NCBI GenBank assembly: GCA_963724455.1
Contig: CAVRUV010000006.1
Coordinates: forward strand, 1 to 61,157
DNA length: 61,157 nt
DNA from: an uncultured Candidatus Woesearchaeota archaeon
GTDB taxonomy: Archaea > Nanobdellota > Nanobdellia > Woesearchaeales > UBA525
Direction: 5' to 3'
Shown here: piece by piece, positions 10,251-19,478 of the stretch
Numbering within the stretch: the first letter of the stretch is position 1
Layout of the letters: each line of letters opens with the position of its first letter
Made by a program: the position numbers and the translations under genes
Notes under the pieces: model-generated
Seen by the model: the letters and a program-made list of their open reading frames with translations, nothing else
Told to the model about the DNA's origin: nothing
The model's database searches: none

Positions 10251-11504
10251 ATGGAAGATATAACTGCAAAAAAATACGAGATAATGGCTCCTGTAGGAAC
10301 CTTTGATTCACTTTCTGCAGCAATTAAAGCAGGAGCAGATTCGGTATATTTTGGCATAGAACAGCTCAATATGAGGGCTAGATCCACAAATAACTTTACA
10401 ACTGAAGACTTGAAAAATATAGTTATAATATGCAAAAAAAACAATGTTGGATCATACCTAACTTTGAATACAATTGTCTATGATCACGACATAGCACTAA
10501 TGAAGAAAATTTGTGATGTTGCAAAAAAATCAGGAGTATCGGCAGTTATTGCAAGTGATATGGCAACAATACAATATGCCAACTCAATAGAATTAGAGGT
10601 GCATTGTAGCACGCAAATTAATGTCACAAATATCGAAGCAGTAAAATTCTACAGCAAATTTGCAGATGTGATTGTTCTAGCAAGAGAACTTACACAGCTA
10701 CAAATAAAGAAAATTTGTGCTGAAATAAAAAAACAAAATGTGCGAGGACCTGGCGGAAAATTAATCCAAATAGAGATATTTGTGCACGGAGCATTATGCG
10801 TTGCAATATCTGGAAAATGCTACATGTCGCTTGCCACTTACAATTCTAGTGCGAATCGTGGAGCTTGTCTGCAGAATTGTAGACGAGCATATAGAGTAAT
10901 AGATGAAGAAACGGGCGATGAACTAAAAATTGAGAATAAATACATCATGTCGCCATCTGACTTATGCACCATAGGATTCATGGATAAACTAATAGATGCT
11001 GGCGCTACAATATTCAAAATTGAAGGAAGAGGAAAACCTCCGGAATATGTTTTTACGACAGTCAAATGCTATAAAGAAGCAATTGAATCTATTAAGGCAG
11101 GAACTTATACAAAAAAGAAAATTGAAGGGTGGGAAAAAGAACTTGCCACCGTATACAATAGAGGATTCTGGCAAGGCGGCTACTACATGGGGAAAAAGAT
11201 TAATGAGTGGTCGGCAACTTACGGTGCAAAAACTACAAAAGAAAAAAAGAATATTGGACCAATAGAACATGTTTATACAAAAACATTAGTTGCACAAATT
11301 AACGTTCAAGAAAATGAATTCAAGATTGGCGACGAGCTAGTAATCACAGGTCCTACAACCGGCATTGTGAAAATGAAAGTTGATAATATAAAAGATTACG
11401 ATGGCAAAGAAATTAGTGAAGCAAAAAAAGGAACTATTGTCACAATAAAGACTCCCGAACTAGTAAGGAAAAGTGATAAGGTCTATGTATTCAAAGATAA
11501 ATAG
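10251..11504 (+). CDS. Peptidase U32 family Fe-S protein (TrhP/RlhA-like RNA hydroxylase)
   Basis: GADSVYFG, VHCSTQ, HGALCVAISGKC, ANRGACLQNCRR, KIEGR. Confidence 0.92.
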   Translation: MEDITAKKYEIMAPVGTFDSLSAAIKAGADSVYFGIEQLNMRARSTNNFTTEDLKNIVIICKKNNVGSYLTLNTIVYDHDIALMKKICDVAKKSGVSAVIASDMATIQYANSIELEVHCSTQINVTNIEAVKFYSKFADVIVLARELTQLQIKKICAEIKKQNVRGPGGKLIQIEIFVHGALCVAISGKCYMSLATYNSSANRGACLQNCRRAYRVIDEETGDELKIENKYIMSPSDLCTIGFMDKLIDAGATIFKIEGRGKPPEYVFTTVKCYKEAIESIKAGTYTKKKIEGWEKELATVYNRGFWQGGYYMGKKINEWSATYGAKTTKEKKNIGPIEHVYTKTLVAQINVQENEFKIGDELVITGPTTGIVKMKVDNIKDYDGKEISEAKKGTIVTIKTPELVRKSDKVYVFKDK

Positions 11505-11545
11505 TAAAAATAAATAGTTTAAATCGTAAAGTTCTTTTTTTTAAA

Positions 11546-11642
11546 GAGGTTGCCTTGAAATTAAATCAGGAGAAGACCCGATTCATGCAGGGTCTTCGAC
11601 GTAAAACTTCGTACGGAGTACGAATATAAATTTCGCAACCTC
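11546..11642 (+). repeat. Structured intergenic element, copy C (shortest)
   Basis: gaggttgc-CTT-gaaa...tttc-gcaacctc outer stem; gaagaccc-GATTCATGCA-gggtcttc; gacgtaaaa junction; ttcgtac-gga-gtacgaa hairpin. Confidence 0.85.
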
Positions 11643-11691
11643 AAAAAAAGAATATACAAATAAAAATTAAATAAAAAAATATGTTGATAAA

Positions 11692-11931
11692 ATGATAAAG
11701 ATAATACACTACAGGGAAAAATGCATAGGATGCAACAGCTGTGTAGAGCACGCTCCAAATACCTGGAAAATAGACGAGACTGACGGCAAAACAACACTCG
11801 TTGGTAGCACAAATATAAAAGATATCTATATTCTTGAAATAGATGAATCAGTACTAGAAGAAAACGAAAAAGCTGCGCAAGATTGTCCAGTAAATATAAT
11901 TAAAATAAATAAGTCTGGCAACAATAAATAA
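11692..11931 (+). CDS. Single-cluster ferredoxin
   Basis: CIGCNSC...AAQDCPVNII; adjacent to the U32 gene. Confidence 0.88.
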   Translation: MIKIIHYREKCIGCNSCVEHAPNTWKIDETDGKTTLVGSTNIKDIYILEIDESVLEENEKAAQDCPVNIIKINKSGNNK

Positions 11932-11942
11932 TTTAAAAAAAC

Positions 11943-12443
11943 TTATATTTCAAAATTTTGTACTATTCTAAAATCATATTTGTCCACAGTCTTGCCGTCT
12001 TCTTTCCAGATGAATTTTCCAATGAGTTTTTCTCCTCTCAATACTGGTGGAAACCATATTCTATCTGACGCCCACATTTTCGGGTAATAAGAATCTATTT
12101 CACCAAGATTAATCCACAAAGGCGCCATCTCTTTTGTCTCCTTTGGCTCGCCAGTTATTTTACGCACAAAAAAAACATGGACTTGCTGATCGAACTTCGG
12201 CGTGTATGGAAAAACAAAATCAATGATTGCTACTTTTTCTAAATCATCAATCTTTGCCCTGACATTGGCTTCTTCATACAGCTCTCTTATTGTTGTATGA
12301 AGTATTGATTCATCAGTCTCTTCTTGCTTTCCGCCAAACCCGTTATAATTTCCAGCGCCCTGTCCTTCTTTTTTCAAGCCTAATAGAATATTGTTATTCA
12401 CAATTGGAAAAACTAACGACCTTTGCCTAGGATTTTCTCTCAT
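11943..12443 (-). CDS. NUDIX hydrolase (MTH1/8-oxo-dGTPase-like)
   Basis: LLGLKKEG.G.G.YNGFGGK, RELYEEA Nudix box, MWASDRIW. Confidence 0.88.
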   Translation of the reverse strand: MRENPRQRSLVFPIVNNNILLGLKKEGQGAGNYNGFGGKQEETDESILHTTIRELYEEANVRAKIDDLEKVAIIDFVFPYTPKFDQQVHVFFVRKITGEPKETKEMAPLWINLGEIDSYYPKMWASDRIWFPPVLRGEKLIGKFIWKEDGKTVDKYDFRIVQNFEI

Positions 12444-12517
12444 AGCAATTTACCTTATTAAAAAAAACTATATTATAAGTAAATAAAAATAAGTAAATAA
12501 AAAAATTAATAATTATG

Positions 12518-13255
12518 CTAATCGTTATCTACTCTTGGAGCTAAAATAAACATTAATTCCATCTTGTCCATAAGTTTGTAATCAAGCTTTAGAGGATAAT
12601 CCTTGCTGAAGCTGACTTCAACGATTGGTGCGAGCTTTCCGGCAGGTACCATCTTCTTTAGGTATTCAATGCTGTACTTTGAGCGGACTTCAACTGCTGC
12701 CTTGATCTTTGTTTTTTCGTCAGCGAGTATTTCAATAACTGCTTTTGATAGGTCAGAACTTGAACTTACAGTGAACGCTTCGGCATCTGCTGAGAAAATT
12801 ACACTCTCGCCGATAATATCAGCATCATCGATTGCGTCGCTGAGCACATCAGAGTTTGTGTGTACGACTGCTGTGAATGATAGGTTAGGAATTTTTTGTT
12901 CTCGCTCATCGATGTCGATAAGTGGTAAGTAGAACTCACGCTTACTGCCGCCTTTTAATGTGACTTTTAGTTTGTTCTCAGCAAGTTCTAGAGTCATTGT
13001 ATCTTGAGGCTTGGTTCTTCTAAAAACACCCTTAAGGTCGTTGAGGTTAACCCCGATGTAAGATGTGGTTGTAACGTGATACTCCGAGAATGCGCTGGAG
13101 AGAAGCTTGTAGATGACCATTGCAACATTAGCAGGATCCATTGCGATAAGTTCCATGCCATCTGGCGATATCTTGAATCGTACTTCGTTAACAAGGTCTG
13201 CGATTATTGTAGTGCTATCTTTGAGAAGCTTTGTTTCTGCAAGTGTGATTTTCAT
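12518..13255 (-). CDS. pcn: DNA polymerase sliding clamp PCNA
   Basis: AMDPANVAMV, SKYSIEYLKK, DYPLKLDY, FILAPRV; 245 aa. Confidence 0.96.
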   Translation of the reverse strand: MKITLAETKLLKDSTTIIADLVNEVRFKISPDGMELIAMDPANVAMVIYKLLSSAFSEYHVTTTSYIGVNLNDLKGVFRRTKPQDTMTLELAENKLKVTLKGGSKREFYLPLIDIDEREQKIPNLSFTAVVHTNSDVLSDAIDDADIIGESVIFSADAEAFTVSSSSDLSKAVIEILADEKTKIKAAVEVRSKYSIEYLKKMVPAGKLAPIVEVSFSKDYPLKLDYKLMDKMELMFILAPRVDND

Positions 13256-13291
13256 GATTAACCCCTACTAAGCTGTAGAGTCACTACGACG

Positions 13292-13307
13292 TATATAAAC
13301 ATTTTCG
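13292..13307 (-). promoter_or_regulatory. BRE/TATA promoter of pcn
   Basis: Minus strand CGAAAATG-TTTATATA about 37 nt upstream of the ATG, with a GGGGGT SD-like site. Confidence 0.65.
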
Positions 13308-13344
13308 TAGGTTTATAAGGGAAATTTGAGAAAAGTACGTTAAG

Positions 13345-13495
13345 TGCCGCCTTGAGACCAACCAGGAGAATTGCCGATTGGTGCAGGCAATTCGACGCAA
13401 AACCTCGGACCGTTTCGGTTCGAATGTAATGAGACGCGAAACCGCAGGAACGAACGCAGTAAGTGACGAGGGAGGGAGAATAGATGCTCGCGGCA
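13345..13495 (+). repeat. Structured intergenic element, copy D
   Basis: tgccgc-CTT-gag...ctc-gcggca; gaattgcc-GATTGGTGCA-ggcaattc; gacgcaaaa; 3' module shared with copy B. Confidence 0.85.
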
Positions 13496-13717
13496 AAGAA
13501 ATAAAAAAGAAAATAATTCTTCGCGCCTAAAAAAATAAAAAATTCTAAAATTCAAACTAAACTAGAACTAGTAAATTCTAACTACTAAACTGGAAACTAG
13601 AACTATTAGAAAATCCTACTGACTATCTTGAGAACAACAATCAACACTCACCTCTTGCACACAGAGCATATCATTTATAAATAGAAAATAGAATGTGTGG
13701 GGTGGTGGGAAAATATA

Positions 13718-15220
13718 ATGACAACTCAAGATTCTAAAGTAATTTATGATTACATAATAATCGGCGGCGGTTTTGGAGGGCTAGCTATAGGCGCGCTTTT
13801 AGCAAAAGATGGAAAGAAAGTTTTGCTACTTGAAGCAAATGATGCTGTCGGTGGTCACGCATATACACTCAAAAAAGGAAAATTTCAGTTTTGCCATGAC
13901 GTACAATACTTGATGGGTTGCCAACCTGGCGGTCCTATGCACACACTCCTTACAAAACTAGATCTTGAAAAAACAGTTCAATTCAATAAAATGAACTCAA
14001 AATCATACGATATCATTTCTGTAAAGAATAAAAAAATAGAAGTACCATTTGGAATAGATAATTACTGTAATGAACTTTGCAAATTATATCCTGAGCACGA
14101 AGTAAGTCTGAAAGAATTTTTTGAATTAGAAAAGAAATCTTTCTTTGAAGCAGATGGATATCACAAAGTACTATCAAAAACAGATATCCTATTAAGACCT
14201 TGGAAATATTTTACTATCATACGCCACTTCAATAAAACACTTGATGATATGTTCAATCAGTTCAATTTTCCAACAGAACTACGTGCAATACTTGCTGGAA
14301 GAATGGGAAATTTATCAGCAAGACCTCATGAGGTTTCTTTCTTAATGTATGCGGGGATGGATGTCGCATATTCCGAATCAGGATATTTCCCAAAAAAAGG
14401 AATGTTGTTTCTTGTTGAAAGCATAAAAGACATTATACTTCAAAATGGTGGAAAAGTTATTGTTAACTCAAAAGTTATCTCGATAAATACTGTTGATGAA
14501 CGAGCTACATCGGTTGAAACAACAACAGGAGTTTATTCTGCAAATAAATTCATTTCAAATATCGACCCACAATTAACATTGCATTTAGCAAAAGAAGAGC
14601 ATTTGCCTAAGAAATACTTATATCAGTATAGTGACTCAATATTTTGTGTATATTTGGGAATAAAAGGAATTGATCTTTCTAAACATTTTTTAAACAAACA
14701 GAATATCTGGCATCATTCCCAAAAAGATCTTGATAGCGAGTATTGGTCAGTAATCAAGCACGATGATTTTAGCCATCCGTGGCTATTCATATCGGCTCCG
14801 TCGATGTTGGCTGATCCTGGATTTATTTGCCCAAAAAATAATCATACACTAGAAATTCTTACATTTACAAATTATGACCATTTTAAAAAATTATATATAA
14901 CTAATAAAAAAGAATATGATAAATTTGTTAAAAAAATAACTGCCGAACTCATAAAAATTGTAGAGAAAAACTATATACCAAATTTATCAAAAAAAATTGC
15001 AGTAAAAATAGTCCATACCCCAATTGATATGGAGCGAGTCCTCGGTCTTCCCAATGGAAATGTGTATGGAAGCAGAATTACGCCATCTAATTACAATCTA
15101 AATAGAATTACATACACAAGCCCGATAAAGAATTTATGGTTTGTCGGCGCAACAGCATCATTTCCAGGAATCATGGGTGTGACTGTTGGTGCAATGGAAT
15201 TATTTGAAAAGTTAAGATAA
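13718..15220 (+). CDS. FAD-dependent oxidoreductase, phytoene desaturase/retinol saturase family
   Basis: IIIGGGFGGL..LLLEA..VGG, YFPKKG, TP.D.ER..GNVYG, NLWFVGA..PG. Confidence 0.85.
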   Translation: MTTQDSKVIYDYIIIGGGFGGLAIGALLAKDGKKVLLLEANDAVGGHAYTLKKGKFQFCHDVQYLMGCQPGGPMHTLLTKLDLEKTVQFNKMNSKSYDIISVKNKKIEVPFGIDNYCNELCKLYPEHEVSLKEFFELEKKSFFEADGYHKVLSKTDILLRPWKYFTIIRHFNKTLDDMFNQFNFPTELRAILAGRMGNLSARPHEVSFLMYAGMDVAYSESGYFPKKGMLFLVESIKDIILQNGGKVIVNSKVISINTVDERATSVETTTGVYSANKFISNIDPQLTLHLAKEEHLPKKYLYQYSDSIFCVYLGIKGIDLSKHFLNKQNIWHHSQKDLDSEYWSVIKHDDFSHPWLFISAPSMLADPGFICPKNNHTLEILTFTNYDHFKKLYITNKKEYDKFVKKITAELIKIVEKNYIPNLSKKIAVKIVHTPIDMERVLGLPNGNVYGSRITPSNYNLNRITYTSPIKNLWFVGATASFPGIMGVTVGAMELFEKLR

Positions 15221-15227
15221 TCGAAAG

Positions 15228-15983
15228 CTATTTCTTCTTTCCAACAAAGATAAATCCGTCTGCTTTGATTTTTTTCAAAGGACCAGTGATGAACTTCTTC
15301 TTGTCGTAATCCATGTAATGCTCTTCTACAACATCCAGTCCTGCTAGTTCAAAAGACCTGCGAAATTCGTGTGGAGTATAAAGGTGGTTGAACATCTGCG
15401 CTAGATTGTTGTAGTCTGAGAGAATATCTCCGCGCTCAAATCCTTTTGATGGCTTTATTGTGTTGCCAACGACCCACAAAAAGAATTCTTTTTCAAAGAA
15501 TGCATCAAGCCTGTTGTGAGCGTGCACGATAACAAGACCGCCTTTTTTGGTATGTTTAGCGAGCTGATTCATAATCTGCTGCCTGTTCTTTGAACGTGGA
15601 ACAGTTCCTACTGCGCTAAACATTGCAATGGTCATATCAAAATTCTTCGGCACGTTCTTGAGTGTTCTTGCGTCACAACATGAGAACCATATCTTCGTAG
15701 AATCAAGCTTTGCTTTGCGAGAATCATCACGAGCTAGAGCCACCATGTGTGGATTTAAATCGTTACCCCAAACAAAAGTGCCACGTTTCGCATAACGAAT
15801 CGCATGACGGCCTTTACCCATCATTGCATCAAGCACGCGAGTCTTTGGTTTTATTTTTGCATCAAGAAATGGTGTATCTAACTTCTCAAATACCTTGCTG
15901 ATATCGTCTTCTATCTTCTCATAGTTCTTGGCATACCATGCGGCCTTCTCGCCTTCTACTACTGGAGATATTTGAAATGTCAT
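15228..15983 (-). CDS. Class I SAM-dependent methyltransferase
   Basis: VLDAMMGKGRH, GNDLN, DAR, FDMTIAMFS, KKGGLV. Confidence 0.82.
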   Translation of the reverse strand: MTFQISPVVEGEKAAWYAKNYEKIEDDISKVFEKLDTPFLDAKIKPKTRVLDAMMGKGRHAIRYAKRGTFVWGNDLNPHMVALARDDSRKAKLDSTKIWFSCCDARTLKNVPKNFDMTIAMFSAVGTVPRSKNRQQIMNQLAKHTKKGGLVIVHAHNRLDAFFEKEFFLWVVGNTIKPSKGFERGDILSDYNNLAQMFNHLYTPHEFRRSFELAGLDVVEEHYMDYDKKKFITGPLKKIKADGFIFVGKKK

Positions 15984-16013
15984 AAATCACGTTTTATTGC
16001 GTTTAACATATAT

Positions 16014-17345
16014 CTATGGAACTAACAACAATTTCTTTCCATTGTACAATATATGCACTTTCTCTTTTTTATAACCAAGCTCGCGTGTAGCTAGATCCTT
16101 GAATGCTTCAAGTTGTTTGATTCCACCGTGTGTTGGAATGATATTCTCTGGTTTAAGCAATTGCAATAAGACTCTGTGATCTTCGCGCGCGCCGTGGCCG
16201 GAGACGTGAACGTCGTTGAATACGCGAACATGTTTTTTGTGCAATATCTCGTCGAGCTTTGCCTTATTCTTTACATTGTCGCCAGCAGGAATTGTCTTGC
16301 TTGAAAATACAACAATATCATCTGGGCGTAATTTCAATTTTCCTTCTGTAATAATTCTTGACAAGACTGCTTTTGGTTCACCCTGGTGACCGGTTGCTAC
16401 AAGCAAATATTTTCCAGGATCATCCATCTTTGCTAGAAAGCCTTCAATCTTATCACGATAAGCATACATCTTCACTTGTCCCTTGAACGAATGAATTCCT
16501 GCACGTTCTGATGCAGCAGTATACTTATCGATGCTTCTTCCTAAAAAAACAACCTTACGATTCAACTGTTCGCCAAGTCGCACTATTGCTTTTAATCTTG
16601 CAATGTGGCTTGAGAATGTTGTAACTATAATCATTTTTCCTTCTGTATCTGTTCCGAGCAATGTATCATAGAGCATTTGCTCAGCAATTTTCTCAGATGG
16701 GCACTTTTCATTTTTATGAGCATAAAGACTATCGATAATTAATGCTTTAACTCCTCGTAATTGTATCAAACGTTTTGTGTTTGTCTTTTGCCCAAGAGTT
16801 GGGCTTACATCGAATTTGAAATCATTCATGTAAATTACAGTACCATCTCTTGTATGTACTGCTATTGCTACTGTTTCTGGTATGCTATGTGTTACGTTGA
16901 TAAATTCCAAATCGATTTTTCTCGTCAATCTGAATCTGCTATTGATTGGGTGTCTAATTATTTTATTCTTTAGCGGAAGCCCATCTCTATTGGATAATGA
17001 TTCTATCACTTCAGCAGTAAACGGTGTTGCGTGGATATCTGCATCAAACTTGTTGCTCAGAAATGGTATTGCTCCGACGTGATCTAAATGTCCGTGTGTT
17101 GCACATATTGCAACAACATATTTTTTCAAGTCGCCTAAGATATTCATATCTGGTGCTGCACCTATCTGGATTAATTTTTTACCATTAATCATTGATCGTT
17201 GCTGGTCTATGCTTTCTGTAAATTCAATGTACTTATCGAGCATCAAACCCATATCGCAAATTACGATTTCATCATCGTGTTTTATTGCGACGCAGTTTCT
17301 GCCGACTTCACTAAATCCTCCTATTGGGATAATTTCTAATGTCAT
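16014..17345 (-). CDS. rnj: Ribonuclease J (MBL/beta-CASP)
   Basis: PIGGFSEVGRN, HGHLDH, THSIP, DFK, TTFSSHIAR, TGHQGEP, HVSGH, PTHG. Confidence 0.92.
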   Translation of the reverse strand: MTLEIIPIGGFSEVGRNCVAIKHDDEIVICDMGLMLDKYIEFTESIDQQRSMINGKKLIQIGAAPDMNILGDLKKYVVAICATHGHLDHVGAIPFLSNKFDADIHATPFTAEVIESLSNRDGLPLKNKIIRHPINSRFRLTRKIDLEFINVTHSIPETVAIAVHTRDGTVIYMNDFKFDVSPTLGQKTNTKRLIQLRGVKALIIDSLYAHKNEKCPSEKIAEQMLYDTLLGTDTEGKMIIVTTFSSHIARLKAIVRLGEQLNRKVVFLGRSIDKYTAASERAGIHSFKGQVKMYAYRDKIEGFLAKMDDPGKYLLVATGHQGEPKAVLSRIITEGKLKLRPDDIVVFSSKTIPAGDNVKNKAKLDEILHKKHVRVFNDVHVSGHGAREDHRVLLQLLKPENIIPTHGGIKQLEAFKDLATRELGYKKEKVHILYNGKKLLLVP

Positions 17346-17575
17346 ATATTTCTCCGAAAAACTATTTTATGTTAACAATAATATCAATGCATAATGCAAT
17401 TGAGGTATTATTGGAGGATTTGCAAGAAAGTAATTTTGTTATTTTCCCGGGTAATCCCCGAAACTTATGTTTTTCTCTGTTTTAGCTATTAAGAATGAAT
17501 CTCTATTTATAAACATATTGGTGAATCATCGTCGAGAAATGGTTTATCTATCCAATATGGCATTAATACCAAGGT

Positions 17576-18046
17576 TCAGCTTTGGAACTTCTGATAGATG
17601 AATGGTGAAGCTATCTCAAAGATCTTTTCTTGCTGTTTTTTCGTCAAATAGCGTGCACCGCAAATCTCTTTTAGACAGCCAGTCTTCTTGCAATTGCACA
17701 TGAACTTCTCATCTAAATCCCACTCTGTTGTGGTATAATCCCTACAAATTTCTTCTCCTGCTTTTATGTTGCGTAGTGCGGTGAATGCTATACGAGGCTT
17801 GTTTCTAGAGAAGAATTGCACTTTTATGTTTGGCTGACATGAATGATTGAAGTAATTGTTAATGAGTTCGCCACGCAAACGCTCTCGATTATTGATCTGT
17901 ATGGTGTATTTATCGTTCTTTTCAACGATTTTACCTTCCATGTCGATGATGATATCTCCTTCAACGATTGGGTCCTTTGTAAAAACCCCTTTTCCTGAGA
18001 TTTTTGATTTTTTTACAACCAATTTTGAAGAAATAAATGCTTCCAT
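17576..18046 (-). CDS. SET-domain protein-lysine methyltransferase (second copy)
   Basis: SKISGKGVF, FNHSCQPN, ALRNIKAGEEICRDY, CNC..GC; start placed at MEAFIS. Confidence 0.88.
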   Translation of the reverse strand: MEAFISSKLVVKKSKISGKGVFTKDPIVEGDIIIDMEGKIVEKNDKYTIQINNRERLRGELINNYFNHSCQPNIKVQFFSRNKPRIAFTALRNIKAGEEICRDYTTTEWDLDEKFMCNCKKTGCLKEICGARYLTKKQQEKIFEIASPFIYQKFQS

Positions 18047-18097
18047 ACTCACTGGTGTGACGGTAAATTTATAAGAGTTCCCTAATAAGTGCAAGTT

Positions 18098-19258
18098 ATG
18101 ACAGCAAACGCGACTGCTAAAGTCGATCCATGGGCAGATATCCAGGGTAAAATCGATTATGACAAGCTCATAAAGGAATTTGGAACAGAACGATTAGATA
18201 AGGCACTACTCGAACGACTCACGCACGATGCAAAAAAGAAAGGAATGGAGCTCCACCATCTTATCCGTCGAGGGATATTCTTCTCCCATAGAGACCTTAA
18301 ATGGATTCTTGATGAGTATGACAAAGGAAACAAATTCTTCTTGTATACAGGACGTGGTCCATCAGGAGATATGCATTTAGGACACTTTATCCCGTGGATA
18401 ATCACAAAATGGTTACAGGATGTCTATGATGTAGAACTATGGTTCCAGATGACAGACGATGAAAAATTTTTATTCAAACCAGAATTAACACTCAATGAAT
18501 CAAATCGTCTTGCTCACGAGAATGTACTCGACGTATTAGCTGTAGGATTCGATACTAAAAAAACAAAGATATTCATCGACTCAGAATTTAGTGCAACACT
18601 ATACCCTATTGCAATACAGATTGCTAAAAAAATTAATTTTTCAACAGCTAAGGCAGTATTCGGATTCACTAATGAACATAATATCGGAGCAATTTTCTAT
18701 ACTAGCATGCAGTCAGTTCCTTGCATATTGCCAAGCGTTCTAGCTAAAAGAAATATTCCTTGCTTAATTCCTTATGCAATCGACCAAGATGCGCACTTTA
18801 GAGTAACGCGAGATGTTTTACCAAAGCTTGGCTATTACAAACCTGCAGCAATTCATTGTAGATTCTTGCCGCCGCTAAGCGGTCCTGGAAAAATGAGCAC
18901 AACAGGATCTGAAAAGAATTCAACAATTTTCATGAATGATGATCCTGCAACAATACGTAAAAAAGTCATGAAATATGCATTCAGCGGTGGAAAAGATACT
19001 GTTGAAGAGCATAGAAAGCACGGCGGAAATGTCGATGTTGATATGTCATTCCAATGGCTAACATACTTTGAACCAGATGATGAAAAACTAGCTGAAATAA
19101 AAGTAAAGTATGAATCTGGAGAATTGCTCTCTAGCGAACTAAAACAAATTCTTGTAGATACAATTGTTCCAATAATTCTAGCACATCAACACCGTCGTGG
19201 TGAAGCACGAAAGCATGTTGGTGATGTTTTAATTAACGATACTGTTTGGAATGGATGA
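18098..19258 (+). CDS. trpS: Tryptophanyl-tRNA synthetase (archaeal/eukaryotic type)
   Basis: VDPW, LYTGRGPS..MHLGH, QMTDDEK, IDQDAHFR, KMS, YAFSGG. Confidence 0.96.
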   Translation: MTANATAKVDPWADIQGKIDYDKLIKEFGTERLDKALLERLTHDAKKKGMELHHLIRRGIFFSHRDLKWILDEYDKGNKFFLYTGRGPSGDMHLGHFIPWIITKWLQDVYDVELWFQMTDDEKFLFKPELTLNESNRLAHENVLDVLAVGFDTKKTKIFIDSEFSATLYPIAIQIAKKINFSTAKAVFGFTNEHNIGAIFYTSMQSVPCILPSVLAKRNIPCLIPYAIDQDAHFRVTRDVLPKLGYYKPAAIHCRFLPPLSGPGKMSTTGSEKNSTIFMNDDPATIRKKVMKYAFSGGKDTVEEHRKHGGNVDVDMSFQWLTYFEPDDEKLAEIKVKYESGELLSSELKQILVDTIVPIILAHQHRRGEARKHVGDVLINDTVWNG

Positions 19259-19478
19259 GATGAAATTTTGATTTAATTTCTAATTATTATTTCTAACCAT
19301 CTTTACTATTTTTAACAGTTTTTACTTCTAACTTTCAATCGTTCATATTTCTTAATAAGAAAAACCTGATACTTGTTACACAAAAAAATATAATAATTTA
19401 CTACAGTGTCGTTTAAGAATTTTAAAACAAAAAATAGATAATAAAAAATGAATAAAAAATAGGAAAGAAATTAAGGAC

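Noticed and set aside
11546-13495. Resemblance of GACGCAAAACC/GACGTAAAAC to the c-di-GMP-I riboswitch junction
   Set aside because: There is no GNRA loop or receptor at the expected positions, the string is incomplete in copies A and B, and most copies are not in 5' UTRs; an Rfam scan would settle it
2991-13495. Elements as tRNAs, integron attC sites or hammerhead ribozymes
   Set aside because: No cloverleaf or T-loop, no RYYYAAC/GTTRRRY ends or integrase, and no conserved CUGANGA/GAAA core across copies
13284-13555. Short minus-strand ORFs over element D
   Set aside because: They are best explained as by-products of the GC-rich repeat, with no recognisable product
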